Below are positions 17,112-25,432 of a stretch of 64,000 nt of DNA, in pieces. This DNA is from Candidatus Parcubacteria bacterium. GTDB taxonomy: Bacteria; Patescibacteriota; Patescibacteriia; Patescibacteriales; UBA12075. The stretch's first letter is position 1. Each line of letters starts with the position of its first letter. The notes beneath the pieces are model-generated. The model made no database searches. It was not told where the DNA came from and saw nothing but the letters and a program-made list of their open reading frames with translations. The position numbers and the translations under genes were made by a program. The stretch is from the NCBI GenBank assembly GCA_002869165.1, contig PKTK01000001.1, positions 93,006 through 157,005 on the forward strand, in the 5' to 3' direction.

Positions 17112-17516
17112 ATGACTTTTGTTAAATGGGACGATAGTTTTAGTATAGGTATTGAAACCATTGATGAACAACACAAAAAATTACTAGCTTTAATTAACAA
17201 ATCCATTGAGATGGTTGAATCTAATAATCCCGAGAAGAGCTTGGAAGTTATTGATGACATGCGTAGTTATTCAGTTGAGCATTTTGGTTTTGAAGAGAAA
17301 TTTTTTAAAGATAGTGCGTACGAAAAAACCGAAGGACACCTGGTTAGACATAAACTTTTTATTGATCGTATTGATTATTTTAAGAAGGGTTTGCAAAACG
17401 ATTTCAATAAAATGTCCAAGGAAATAGTAGCTTATCTTAGCAAGTGGTTAATGGCACATATTTTAGGTAATGATAGAGACTATGTTGCTCATTGGAAAAT
17501 ATTTTACAAGGAATAA
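17112..17516 (+). CDS. Bacteriohemerythrin
   Basis: WDDSFSIGIETIDEQHKKL, HFGFEE, HLVRHKLF, WLMAHILGNDRDY: the hemerythrin His/Asp/Glu ligand pattern. Confidence 0.85.
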   Translation: MTFVKWDDSFSIGIETIDEQHKKLLALINKSIEMVESNNPEKSLEVIDDMRSYSVEHFGFEEKFFKDSAYEKTEGHLVRHKLFIDRIDYFKKGLQNDFNKMSKEIVAYLSKWLMAHILGNDRDYVAHWKIFYKE

Positions 17517-17534
17517 TTAATTATTTGTATATAT

Positions 17535-17565
17535 AAAATTCTCATTTTATGAGAATTTTTATTTT
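17535..17565 (+). terminator. Rho-independent terminator
   Basis: aaaattctcat / atgagaatttt 11-bp stem with a 3-nt loop, followed by a T-rich tail. Confidence 0.65.
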
Positions 17566-17628
17566 ACACAAATAGGGAAAAAATGGTATAATTTTATAAT
17601 AAAGTATCTTTTAAAGATGAGGAGGAAA

Positions 17629-18543
17629 ATGAATTTAAAATGGCTAAAAAAAATTAAAGACAACAGTGCTTTTACAATGCTAGAATCGTTGGTTATTTTA
17701 GCAGCAATGGTATTTATTTTTACTGTGTCCATGATTTCTTATCGTTCTTATGATATGGATCTTGATTTAAAATCTCAGATTGATCAAATCACTATGTATT
17801 TTGCCTTGGCAAGGCAAAAAACAATTTCCTCTCATGAAAATGATAGTTGGGGTTTAAGGATTTCTACTTCTAGTTCGCCTCAAATTGTTACTTTGTTTAA
17901 GGGTAAGACATATGATACAAGAGACTCTAGTGTTGATTATTTGGTTGGTCTAAATACAAACGTTAATATAACAGATTTTGATTTTGAAGGTAGTGATTGG
18001 ACTGTTTTTAATCGTATAAGTGGTCGAGCATCAAGTACGGGCTATATAAGCATGGAGCATATCAATGACTCAAGTAAGAGCGCCACGATATATTTAAATA
18101 AAGAAGGATTAACCTCTCTGCATGCATTTCCGTCTCAAGCAAGTACTACCGCTAATATTCGCTTGGTGGATTCGCGTCATATTCATATTGAATATTCCAG
18201 AACCATTAATGTTGCTTCAGAAAACATTATTTTGACTTTTGATGGAGGAACAGTGATTGAAACAATTCCAATGGCAAATTATTTGGAAGATGGGCAATTT
18301 GTGTGGTCAGGAGTAGTTAATATTGCCAGCACTAGCCAAGAGCTAGAAATACGTAGCCATGAAATCAATAATCCAAATACACTTTTTTCTATTCACAGAG
18401 ATATAGATAAAAATAATGTAAGTCTTGAGGTAGATATTAGCGGGGACACTTGGCCTTCACCGCAGTTAATTTCTTATAGTGATGATGGGGCAACAGTTGC
18501 TACAGGTTCATCACCATACATTGAAAGTATAATCCGACAATAA
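17629..18543 (+). CDS. Type IV pilin-like (pseudopilin) protein
   Basis: Prepilin N-terminus KDNSA/FTMLESLVILAAMVFIF (Glu at +5). ATG at 17629 follows gaggagg; the ATG at 17617 is an alternative start. tggtataat extended -10 at ~17584. Confidence 0.7.
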   Translation: MNLKWLKKIKDNSAFTMLESLVILAAMVFIFTVSMISYRSYDMDLDLKSQIDQITMYFALARQKTISSHENDSWGLRISTSSSPQIVTLFKGKTYDTRDSSVDYLVGLNTNVNITDFDFEGSDWTVFNRISGRASSTGYISMEHINDSSKSATIYLNKEGLTSLHAFPSQASTTANIRLVDSRHIHIEYSRTINVASENIILTFDGGTVIETIPMANYLEDGQFVWSGVVNIASTSQELEIRSHEINNPNTLFSIHRDIDKNNVSLEVDISGDTWPSPQLISYSDDGATVATGSSPYIESIIRQ

Positions 18544-18546
18544 TAT

Positions 18547-19053
18547 ATGAATAAAATATTTAAAAAAATTCCTAATGATGGCTTTTCCTTGGTGGAGATA
18601 TTAGTTGCTATTACTATTATAGTAGTTGCTTTAGTGGCTTTATCTGGTTTTAATATTTATTCAATTTATATTGCTAGTCTTACTAGAGAGGAGTTGCTGG
18701 CTGATCACTTGGCTGTCGAAGCTATGGAGGCTGTTCGTAGTTTTCGTAATAGTACTGATTGGGATACTGATGGCATAGGCTCACTTACAGTAGGTGATAG
18801 TTATCATCCATATTTCGTTATTGATACAGCTTCATCTTCTTGGCAAATGGCTACTGGTACGGATAGTATTAATCAATATGAGCGATCAGTAGTATTTGAT
18901 AATGTTTCTCGTAGCACTTCAACTGATGATATACATACAAATTATGATCCTTTATATGATGATCCGAAAACAAGAAAAGTATCAATTAATGTATCCTGGG
19001 GAGAGAATAGTTCAACAACAATAATTTCATACATAACAAGTTGGTTCCAATGA
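18547..19053 (+). CDS. Type IV pilin-like (pseudopilin) protein
   Basis: Prepilin cleavage/methylation motif PNDG/FSLVEILVAITIIVVAL. Confidence 0.75.
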   Translation: MNKIFKKIPNDGFSLVEILVAITIIVVALVALSGFNIYSIYIASLTREELLADHLAVEAMEAVRSFRNSTDWDTDGIGSLTVGDSYHPYFVIDTASSSWQMATGTDSINQYERSVVFDNVSRSTSTDDIHTNYDPLYDDPKTRKVSINVSWGENSSTTIISYITSWFQ

Positions 19054-19571
19054 AAATATTAGAAAAAAAATCAGGTTTTTCTGTGGTGGAAACAATGCTA
19101 GCCATTGCAATTTTTTCTCTGCTATCTTTGTCAGTGATCTCTTTTTTTATTTGGACGATTACGATCTATTCTAAGCTTCAAGCTATGAATATGGTTGCAA
19201 AGAATATAGATGTGGCTTTGACCGCTATGGTCTATGAGATCAGGGAAGCCCAAAGTATTTATTATCCTACTTCTACCAGTACTCAAATATCTCTAAAGAC
19301 TTACCACAATTTGCCAGATAATGAAGAAATATCATATGTTGATATTTACTTATGTGAAACCCAGGTGTGTATCAAAAGAGAAGGGGAGGAGGTTGAATAT
19401 TTGACTTCTGATCAAGTATTGGTAACTGATCTTGAGTTTACTTACATTGCTACTAGCACAGCTCCCTCAGTTTATATTGAAATGTCGGTTATAAATTCTA
19501 CTTATGATGAGGGTAGAGAAGATAATTATTCAATTGATTTTCATTCGGCTGCTACATTAAGGCAGATTTAG
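19050..19571 (+). CDS. Type IV pilin-like (pseudopilin) protein
   Basis: KKSG/FSVVETMLAIAIFSLLSL. ATG at 19050 overlaps the upstream stop as ATGA; the track's TTG at 19041 is less likely. Confidence 0.75.
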   Translation: MKILEKKSGFSVVETMLAIAIFSLLSLSVISFFIWTITIYSKLQAMNMVAKNIDVALTAMVYEIREAQSIYYPTSTSTQISLKTYHNLPDNEEISYVDIYLCETQVCIKREGEEVEYLTSDQVLVTDLEFTYIATSTAPSVYIEMSVINSTYDEGREDNYSIDFHSAATLRQI

Positions 19572-19580
19572 TATATATTT

Positions 19581-20837
19581 ATGAAAGAAAAAGGTTCAGT
19601 ATCTATTATAATGATTCTACTTATTATGGGCGCTATGATTAGTGCTAGTTTTGGTATACATGCTTTGGTTATATATGAACTAAAAGTTAAATATGCTAAT
19701 AAGCAATCCATTCAGGCTTATTATATTGCTGAGTCAGGTATAGAGGATGCAGTGTATCGTTTGGTAAACGAAAAGAACTTGCCAGACAAAGTTAGTTTGG
19801 TTACTGATTTAGCGTCAACAACTGTCAGTATTATAGAAGTTTCAACTTCTACTAAAAGTATTAGTGCAGTGGGGTTTTCTAATGATCGTTATCGAAATTT
19901 AAGTATCAATGTCTATAATGATTCCACGACCACCGAAGATGTTTTAGTTGAATCAGGAATGGCTTCGGGTATTGGTGGTATTATTCTTGAGAATAGCTGT
20001 GTTATTACAGGAAATGTAACCGCTAATGGCAATGTTTTTATGGAAAATACCTCAAGTATTGTTGGCGATCTTTATGTGGCAAAGAATTCCAATAAAATTT
20101 TTGGTGATGTCGGCGCTACTATTACGGGCAACGCTAAAGCTTATACATGTGAAGACGTAACAGTGAACGGTTCCTTGGACTGTATGAGTAGTACTTGTTC
20201 TCAGTCTTGTGCGGCATGGGGTGGAGAAATACCCGAAATTCCATTAACCATTACTACTACCACAATTAGTCATTGGAAGGATACTGCTTTATCTGGTGGC
20301 ACACAGGTTGGTGATTGGGATGAGTCAGGCGGAACATATTATGTTGGCCCCAAAGTAATAGATGGCAATATGAGAATCAGGGTTAATGCTAAAGTAGTTG
20401 TTACTGGAACCATTTGGGTTACTGGTAATCTTACTATTGCTAACAATGCGGAAGTTTATTTAGACACTTCATATGGTTCAAGTAGTGGAGCAATAGTTTT
20501 TGATGGTATTGCTACGCTTGACAATACCGCCAAGGCTTTTGGTTCTGGACATCCCAAGAGTTTTATGATAATAGCATCAGATAGAGAGGCGACCAGCACA
20601 GTTGTAATAGACGTAGATAATAGTTTTGCAGCTGATATATTAGCAGCTCCTCAGGCTTGGGTAAAAATAACTAATTCAACTGGAATTAAACATGTTACAG
20701 CCTATGGAATTCATTTGAGAAATGGTGCTGAATTGGTGTATGACTCGAATATTTCTTTTTTTACCTTTATCGGTGGCGGGGGAGGAAATATTGCTTCTAG
20801 CACATGGAATCTATACGATTGGCAAGAAACTGAATGA
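19581..20837 (+). CDS. PilX-like minor pilin / pilus-tip candidate with beta-helix-like repeats
   Basis: N-terminal hydrophobic helix (GSVSIIMILLIMGAMISASFG), YYIAESGIEDAVYRL, then repetitive (I/V)xGN(V/A) strands (ITGNVTANGNVFMENTSSIVGDLYV..., VTGTIWVTGNLTIANNAEVYL). Confidence 0.55.
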   Translation: MKEKGSVSIIMILLIMGAMISASFGIHALVIYELKVKYANKQSIQAYYIAESGIEDAVYRLVNEKNLPDKVSLVTDLASTTVSIIEVSTSTKSISAVGFSNDRYRNLSINVYNDSTTTEDVLVESGMASGIGGIILENSCVITGNVTANGNVFMENTSSIVGDLYVAKNSNKIFGDVGATITGNAKAYTCEDVTVNGSLDCMSSTCSQSCAAWGGEIPEIPLTITTTTISHWKDTALSGGTQVGDWDESGGTYYVGPKVIDGNMRIRVNAKVVVTGTIWVTGNLTIANNAEVYLDTSYGSSSGAIVFDGIATLDNTAKAFGSGHPKSFMIIASDREATSTVVIDVDNSFAADILAAPQAWVKITNSTGIKHVTAYGIHLRNGAELVYDSNISFFTFIGGGGGNIASSTWNLYDWQETE

Positions 20838-20853
20838 TTAATAAATTAAAAAA

Positions 20854-21270
20854 ATGAAAAAAGTTATACAAATTTTGATTATTATTATTTTAGTACTTAT
20901 ACTATCATTGATAATTATTGCCGTTTTCAATCCTTTTAATTTGCGCACAAAGATGATTGCTAGTATGATAAATAGTTATCTAAGTAGTACAATTGAGGGG
21001 TATGAACCTCTTGATACTAGTATAGATAGCTCAGGCATTTATAAGGATAATGCTGGAGTTACAGTTGATAAAAACCCTATGTTAAATGAAGAACAAGAAA
21101 AAGTTTTGGAAAGTTATGGAGTTGATGTCAGCCAATTACCAAGTTCTGTTAGTTCTGAAATGAAAGATTGTTTAGTTGAGAAGGTGGGCACAAGTAGGGC
21201 ACAAGAAATTGTTAATGGAGCGACACCAAGTGCAATGGAAATTTTTAAAGCCAAGAGTTGTTTGAATTAA
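20854..21270 (+). CDS. Membrane-anchored small protein, unknown function (last gene of pilin operon)
   Basis: N-terminal TM (ILIIIILVLILSLIIIAVF) and a 2-Cys C-terminal domain. Confidence 0.55.
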   Translation: MKKVIQILIIIILVLILSLIIIAVFNPFNLRTKMIASMINSYLSSTIEGYEPLDTSIDSSGIYKDNAGVTVDKNPMLNEEQEKVLESYGVDVSQLPSSVSSEMKDCLVEKVGTSRAQEIVNGATPSAMEIFKAKSCLN

Positions 21271-21345
21271 ATAGTGCTTAAAATATTTTTTTGTGATAAA
21301 ATATTAGAGTAGCTCATTATTTAAACAAAAAGATAAGGAGGTGGG

Positions 21346-21705
21346 ATGGAAAGAAAAATTAAACACGAAGAACGTCCATGGGGAGAATTTTTTCAATTAT
21401 CTTTTAACGAGATATCTACAAGCAAGGTATTGGTGGTAGAGCCATACCAGCGATTAAGTCTTCAGAGTCATCAAAAAAGAGATGAGCTGTGGATGGCTAT
21501 TTGTGGTAAACCTAGAGTAGAAAATAACGGCAAGGTGATTTTTCTTAAACAATTTGATACAGTATTAATTCCTGCTGGGTCAGAGCATCGTTTGTCAGCT
21601 CATGAGGACAAAGTAGTTTTAATTGAAGTGTCTTTTGGAGAGTTTGATGAAAATGATGAAGTAAGACATGAGGATGATTATAATCGGGAGAAAAATCCTG
21701 CCTAA
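21346..21705 (+). CDS. Cupin-domain protein, type II phosphomannose isomerase-like
   Basis: ERPWGEF...KVLVVEPYQRLSLQSHQKRDELW...IPAGSEHRL resembles the ManC C-terminal cupin. RBS aaggaggtg. Confidence 0.7.
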   Translation: MERKIKHEERPWGEFFQLSFNEISTSKVLVVEPYQRLSLQSHQKRDELWMAICGKPRVENNGKVIFLKQFDTVLIPAGSEHRLSAHEDKVVLIEVSFGEFDENDEVRHEDDYNREKNPA

Positions 21706-21714
21706 TAAATAAAA

Positions 21715-21739
21715 AAAGGCTGTTATTATAACAGTCTTT
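21715..21739. terminator. Bidirectional terminator between convergent genes
   Basis: aaaggctgtt / aacagtcttt stem (one G-U pair) with A-run and T-run flanks. Confidence 0.6.
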
Positions 21740-21755
21740 ATTTATTTTAAAATAT

Positions 21756-22802
21756 TTATCTAGTTGCACCTGAGTAGGCTATTGCTCTCACCATATCCCA
21801 TTCATAAGCTTCTTGAGGAGCTTTATTGAAGATTGATTCGTATATTTTTATTGCTGCTGCTTCACTTTCCATATTTCTATTGGCAGATCTGAGTCCGTAA
21901 GCAATTACAGTTATAGCAGCGTTATCAAAAGCGTTGTTTGTGTCAGCTTCACGTTGATATATTGAACTAAAAGTTTCCGCGGCAGCCTTTTCTTCAGCTT
22001 CCAAATTTCTTTGATTTGGCCAACGTCCATTAGCTATTTTGATAACATCCTGCCATTCTAGAATATCACGAGGCAACTTATTAAAAACAGATAGATACGA
22101 ATTGATAACTCCTGTTCTTTCACCAGATCCTAAGAAAATCGTCGTGGGAGTGCCCTGGTCTATAAAATAGGAAATTGCATTTATGTCTTGGTCGCTTAGG
22201 TCATGGGGACTTTTTACAATTATAAAAAGAGATAAGCGTCTATTTTCACTATTTTCTGAGAATTCTACTTTTTGGTTATAGTTGTATACAATTTCAGCTT
22301 CGTTAAATGACACTTCATTTACAATAGTAGCCGTGGCTCCAGCTAAAGAGTTTTGAATATTTGAATTATTGTTGGCTGTACCGGTTTTGTTATCAACATT
22401 TGACTTGTCCTCTATAACTATTTCTTCTTCTAGATCAGCTTCACGCATCAAAACAACTGCCTTGGAGTATTCATTTCCCTTATAACTAGCAAAGAGAATA
22501 AAATAATAAGGCAAGTTTGGTGCTAGATTTCTTACTATAAAGCTTTCATCATTTCCTTCATATATTTTGTCACAAAAAGCATCAACTGCTTGAAAGCTAA
22601 AATAGTTCTCAATCGGAACAGTTGAATAATAAAGAGTTGTTTTGATAAAATCATCATCAGTAGGATTTTCCCAATATACAGTAGTTTCAAGTCGACCCGC
22701 TTTGATTTTAACATTAAAAGGTGCATCAGGTAGGACCTCAGCTTGGATAGAAAGTGGAAAAGCAATAAAAAATATTATCAGTTTTAGTAAGATTTTGTTC
22801 AT
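21756..22802 (-). CDS. Secreted protein: FN3-like N-terminal domain plus ~124-aa C-terminal module shared with the giant protein
   Basis: Signal peptide (LLKLIIFFIAFPLSIQA/EV), then PFNVKIKAGRLETTVYWENPTDDDF (FN3-like). The C-terminus GSGERTGVINSY...IANGRWPNQ...VIAYGLRSANRN..EAAAIKIY..WDMVRAIAYSGATR is homologous to giant-protein nt 38128-38495. Confidence 0.7.
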   Translation of the reverse strand: MNKILLKLIIFFIAFPLSIQAEVLPDAPFNVKIKAGRLETTVYWENPTDDDFIKTTLYYSTVPIENYFSFQAVDAFCDKIYEGNDESFIVRNLAPNLPYYFILFASYKGNEYSKAVVLMREADLEEEIVIEDKSNVDNKTGTANNNSNIQNSLAGATATIVNEVSFNEAEIVYNYNQKVEFSENSENRRLSLFIIVKSPHDLSDQDINAISYFIDQGTPTTIFLGSGERTGVINSYLSVFNKLPRDILEWQDVIKIANGRWPNQRNLEAEEKAAAETFSSIYQREADTNNAFDNAAITVIAYGLRSANRNMESEAAAIKIYESIFNKAPQEAYEWDMVRAIAYSGATR

Positions 22803-22902
22803 AAATTAATTATACTATAAAAATATATTTAAGTTAATAATGGCAATAAAATACATTTACAAAAAAATATCTTTTTTGTTATAATTAAGGTATTAAAATA
22901 AT

Positions 22903-23373
22903 ATGAAAAAAATATCAACTTTAGTATATTTTATTTTAGTTAGTCAATTAGCTGGTGTAATTGGTTCTTTTTTTACTGTAACTGGAATAGAAAGTTGGTA
23001 CATGGGTTTAAATAAACCATTTTTTAACCCTCCTAATTGGATTTTTGGCCCTATGTGGATTATTTTGTATTGTCTAATGGGCTTAGCTGCTTATTTTGTT
23101 TATTTAAAAAGAAGAGAAAAATATTTAGCAAAATACGCAAATATATTATTTTTTATTCATTTAGTGTTAAATGGTCTTTGGTCTATTATTTTTTTTGGTC
23201 TAAAAAATCCAAGTATAGCATTTTTTGAAATTATTATTTTATGGATTTTAATATTTGTTTTATTAGTAATATATTTTCAAGTTGATAAACGCTCTTTTTA
23301 TTTGTTTATTCAATATATTTTATGGGTAAGTTTTGCTGCAATGCTAAATTTTTCAATTTGGCAGTTAAACTAA
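22903..23373 (+). CDS. tspO: TspO/MBR family tryptophan-rich sensory protein
   Basis: NKPFFNPPNWIFGPMWIILYCLMGLAAY, five TM helices, 156 aa. Confidence 0.85.
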   Translation: MKKISTLVYFILVSQLAGVIGSFFTVTGIESWYMGLNKPFFNPPNWIFGPMWIILYCLMGLAAYFVYLKRREKYLAKYANILFFIHLVLNGLWSIIFFGLKNPSIAFFEIIILWILIFVLLVIYFQVDKRSFYLFIQYILWVSFAAMLNFSIWQLN

Positions 23374-23378
23374 TCTTT

Positions 23379-23882
23379 ATGAAAAAGAAGATAACGGTAA
23401 ATGATAAAATGCAAAAAGGCTATATTTATTATTTGACTGAAATTAAAGGTAAAAATTTTCATTCAAGTTTTAAACCAGATTTGAACCCTAGAGAAATGCT
23501 AGCACTGGGTGTTTTTGGTGGAGTATATATGAGGGATTGTCAAGATGAATTTCCAGATACTTGGTGGCAAGAGGCGAAACTAGCTAAAGATAAAGCAGAT
23601 AAAATGATTAATTTTTTTAAAGTAAATGCCAGTCAGGACATAAAAGAGTGGCGTAAAAATAATTGGATTCATCCTGACGATCCAAGAGGATGGTTTCAGT
23701 GGTATGCTAGATATTACATGGGAAGAAGACATGAAGATGATTTAAGACAAATAAAAAGGTGGCGAGCGTTTAGGAGACATTTAAGTGCTGTGAAAAAAAA
23801 TTGTTTAGTAGGTGATTGGAATTGTAGACCTAGGCAAAGACAGGCTTTGCTTCACTGGGCTTATGATAGTAGAAAAATATAA
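23379..23882 (+). CDS. Conserved Trp/Arg-rich hypothetical protein
   Basis: ATG at 23379 (MKKKITVND) is preferred because the track's start at 23322 overlaps tspO. Motifs DPRGWFQWYARYYMGRRHEDDLRQIKRW; family not named. Confidence 0.6.
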   Translation: MKKKITVNDKMQKGYIYYLTEIKGKNFHSSFKPDLNPREMLALGVFGGVYMRDCQDEFPDTWWQEAKLAKDKADKMINFFKVNASQDIKEWRKNNWIHPDDPRGWFQWYARYYMGRRHEDDLRQIKRWRAFRRHLSAVKKNCLVGDWNCRPRQRQALLHWAYDSRKI

Positions 23883-23894
23883 TTAAATTAAAAT

Positions 23895-24575
23895 ATGAAA
23901 AAATTTTACATTTTATTTGTTTTTGTTATAGCCTTAAGTGCTTGCAATGGACAAATGAATTTTAAATTAGGGGGAGGTAATTCAAGTGACCCAGGACTTG
24001 CACATGAGAATCGTTTTGATAACAATCCTAATACAAAGACTGATATTGAAATGTACAATGAGCAAGAGGATAATAAAAAAATACCCGATTGTTATACAAT
24101 GTGTAATGAAATTATATTAGATACGTGTATGGATGAAATAGTTGAGTTAGAGGCTGACGACATTTGGTATGAGGATAGTATTTTGAATTCTGATCACTGC
24201 GAATCAATTTGTCCTAGTATTCCAGATTCTGCCAAGGAATGTATAGCTAAAGTAAAGAAATGTGAGTCTATTCGTTCATTTCCACCTTATTGCATAGAAG
24301 AGGAAAGCGAGGATATTTATGAAGAACCAGCAGAAAAAGAAGTATTGTCAGATTGTGATACTGCTTGTACTAAGTACAAAGCCTGTGCTATGTTTTCAGC
24401 CGAGGTTGGCGAGATTGAAGGTGATGAAGCATATAGATCATGTCTTGAAGTGTGTCAGACTTGGGATAACGATACTGTGACTTGTATGAATAATACTAAT
24501 ACAGGAACGTCTGTTGGTTGCATGAAATTATCCCAATGTGGATTAGCTGAATATCAGAGTTTATTAAATAATTAA
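23895..24575 (+). CDS. Cysteine-rich acidic lipoprotein
   Basis: Lipobox VIALSAC. More than 20 Cys in CxxxC / Cx3-7C arrangements (CYTMCNEIILDTC, CDTACTKYKAC, CLEVCQTWDNDTVTC). Confidence 0.65.
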   Translation: MKKFYILFVFVIALSACNGQMNFKLGGGNSSDPGLAHENRFDNNPNTKTDIEMYNEQEDNKKIPDCYTMCNEIILDTCMDEIVELEADDIWYEDSILNSDHCESICPSIPDSAKECIAKVKKCESIRSFPPYCIEEESEDIYEEPAEKEVLSDCDTACTKYKACAMFSAEVGEIEGDEAYRSCLEVCQTWDNDTVTCMNNTNTGTSVGCMKLSQCGLAEYQSLLNN

Positions 24576-24697
24576 TATGGTATGTTAAGAGAAAAATTAT
24601 CTTCGATGTTTGATTCAAAGAAGGATAAACATGTAGAAAGCATGAAGCAGGCAAATGATGCTTACAAAAGAAATTTTGAGAAAGAGAAAGGAATATT

Positions 24698-24910
24698 TTG
24701 CCACCAGAAGCCTTTCGTTTTGCTAATATAAATCATTTGGAGGATTCTTGCCAGAGTGCTTGGCAAGAATTGTCAGGAGAAGATACAAAAATTTCTAAAG
24801 AGTTATACGAAAAAGTCTTACGAGGGCTGTATCAAAGATATCATGGGGAAGTTGCTGACGAGGAATATATACAAGCAGATGCTAGACAACTAATAAAGCA
24901 GTTGATGTAA
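24698..24910 (+). CDS. Small hypothetical protein (possibly the 3' part of a frameshifted gene starting at 24582)
   Basis: TTG-initiated 70-aa ORF. An ATG ORF (24582..24732, MLREKLSSMFDSKKDK...) overlaps it in another frame. Confidence 0.35.
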   Translation: MPPEAFRFANINHLEDSCQSAWQELSGEDTKISKELYEKVLRGLYQRYHGEVADEEYIQADARQLIKQLM

Positions 24911-24934
24911 TCTATAAAATTCAAATAAAAAAAG

Positions 24935-24963
24935 AAAGCCGTACAAAATATTTGTACGGCTTT
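24935..24963. terminator. Bidirectional terminator
   Basis: Perfect 13-bp stem aaagccgtacaaa / tttgtacggcttt with a 3-nt loop. Confidence 0.75.
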
Positions 24964-24982
24964 TTAGTTTTATAAACTTATC

Positions 24983-25273
24983 TTATATTAAATTTTTAAA
25001 TTTCTTGTTCACCCACAGCAAATTTCCGTTATGGTCTTTTATATATTTGATAAAATTTAAACCCCAACCAAAACTTCTTTCATTTACATTGAATTTGTAA
25101 CCGATTTTGTCTATTAACCAAAATTTTCCATCACGGATACTTATTAAGCGTCCATTTATAGTTATTGACTCATCATTGCTTGGAATATTTCTAGTGCCAG
25201 CTTTATCGGTTATTTCAAGGATAAAGCTCCCTTTGTATGAGCTTATATTTTCTGTTATATTTTCTCCTGTCAT
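24983..25273 (-). CDS. Small hypothetical protein
   Basis: 96-aa ORF with a terminator downstream; no recognisable family. Confidence 0.45.
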   Translation of the reverse strand: MTGENITENISSYKGSFILEITDKAGTRNIPSNDESITINGRLISIRDGKFWLIDKIGYKFNVNERSFGWGLNFIKYIKDHNGNLLWVNKKFKNLI

Positions 25274-25403
25274 TAAGTTAACCCCAATAAGATAAATTTA
25301 TAAAGTGCTTAAAGTAATTTAGCATAAAAAAAATCCTTGGTCAATGTTTTTGAGAATATGATATATGTTTAAAATTGGCAAAAATATCACATAAAAAAAA
25401 GAC

Positions 25404-25432
25404 TTGACAAAAAATATATTTGGGTATATACT
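25404..25432 (+). promoter_or_regulatory. Near-consensus sigma-70 promoter for the DUF5320-DUF134 operon
   Basis: TTGACA (25404-25409), 17-nt spacer, TATACT (25427-25432). Confidence 0.6.

Noticed and set aside
21759-22130. Diversity-generating retroelement (template/variable repeat pair) as the explanation for the module shared with 38128-38495.
   Set aside because: No reverse transcriptase gene is in the window. The two copies differ at many positions at the protein level rather than being near-identical DNA with adenine-specific substitutions. Ordinary paralogy is sufficient.
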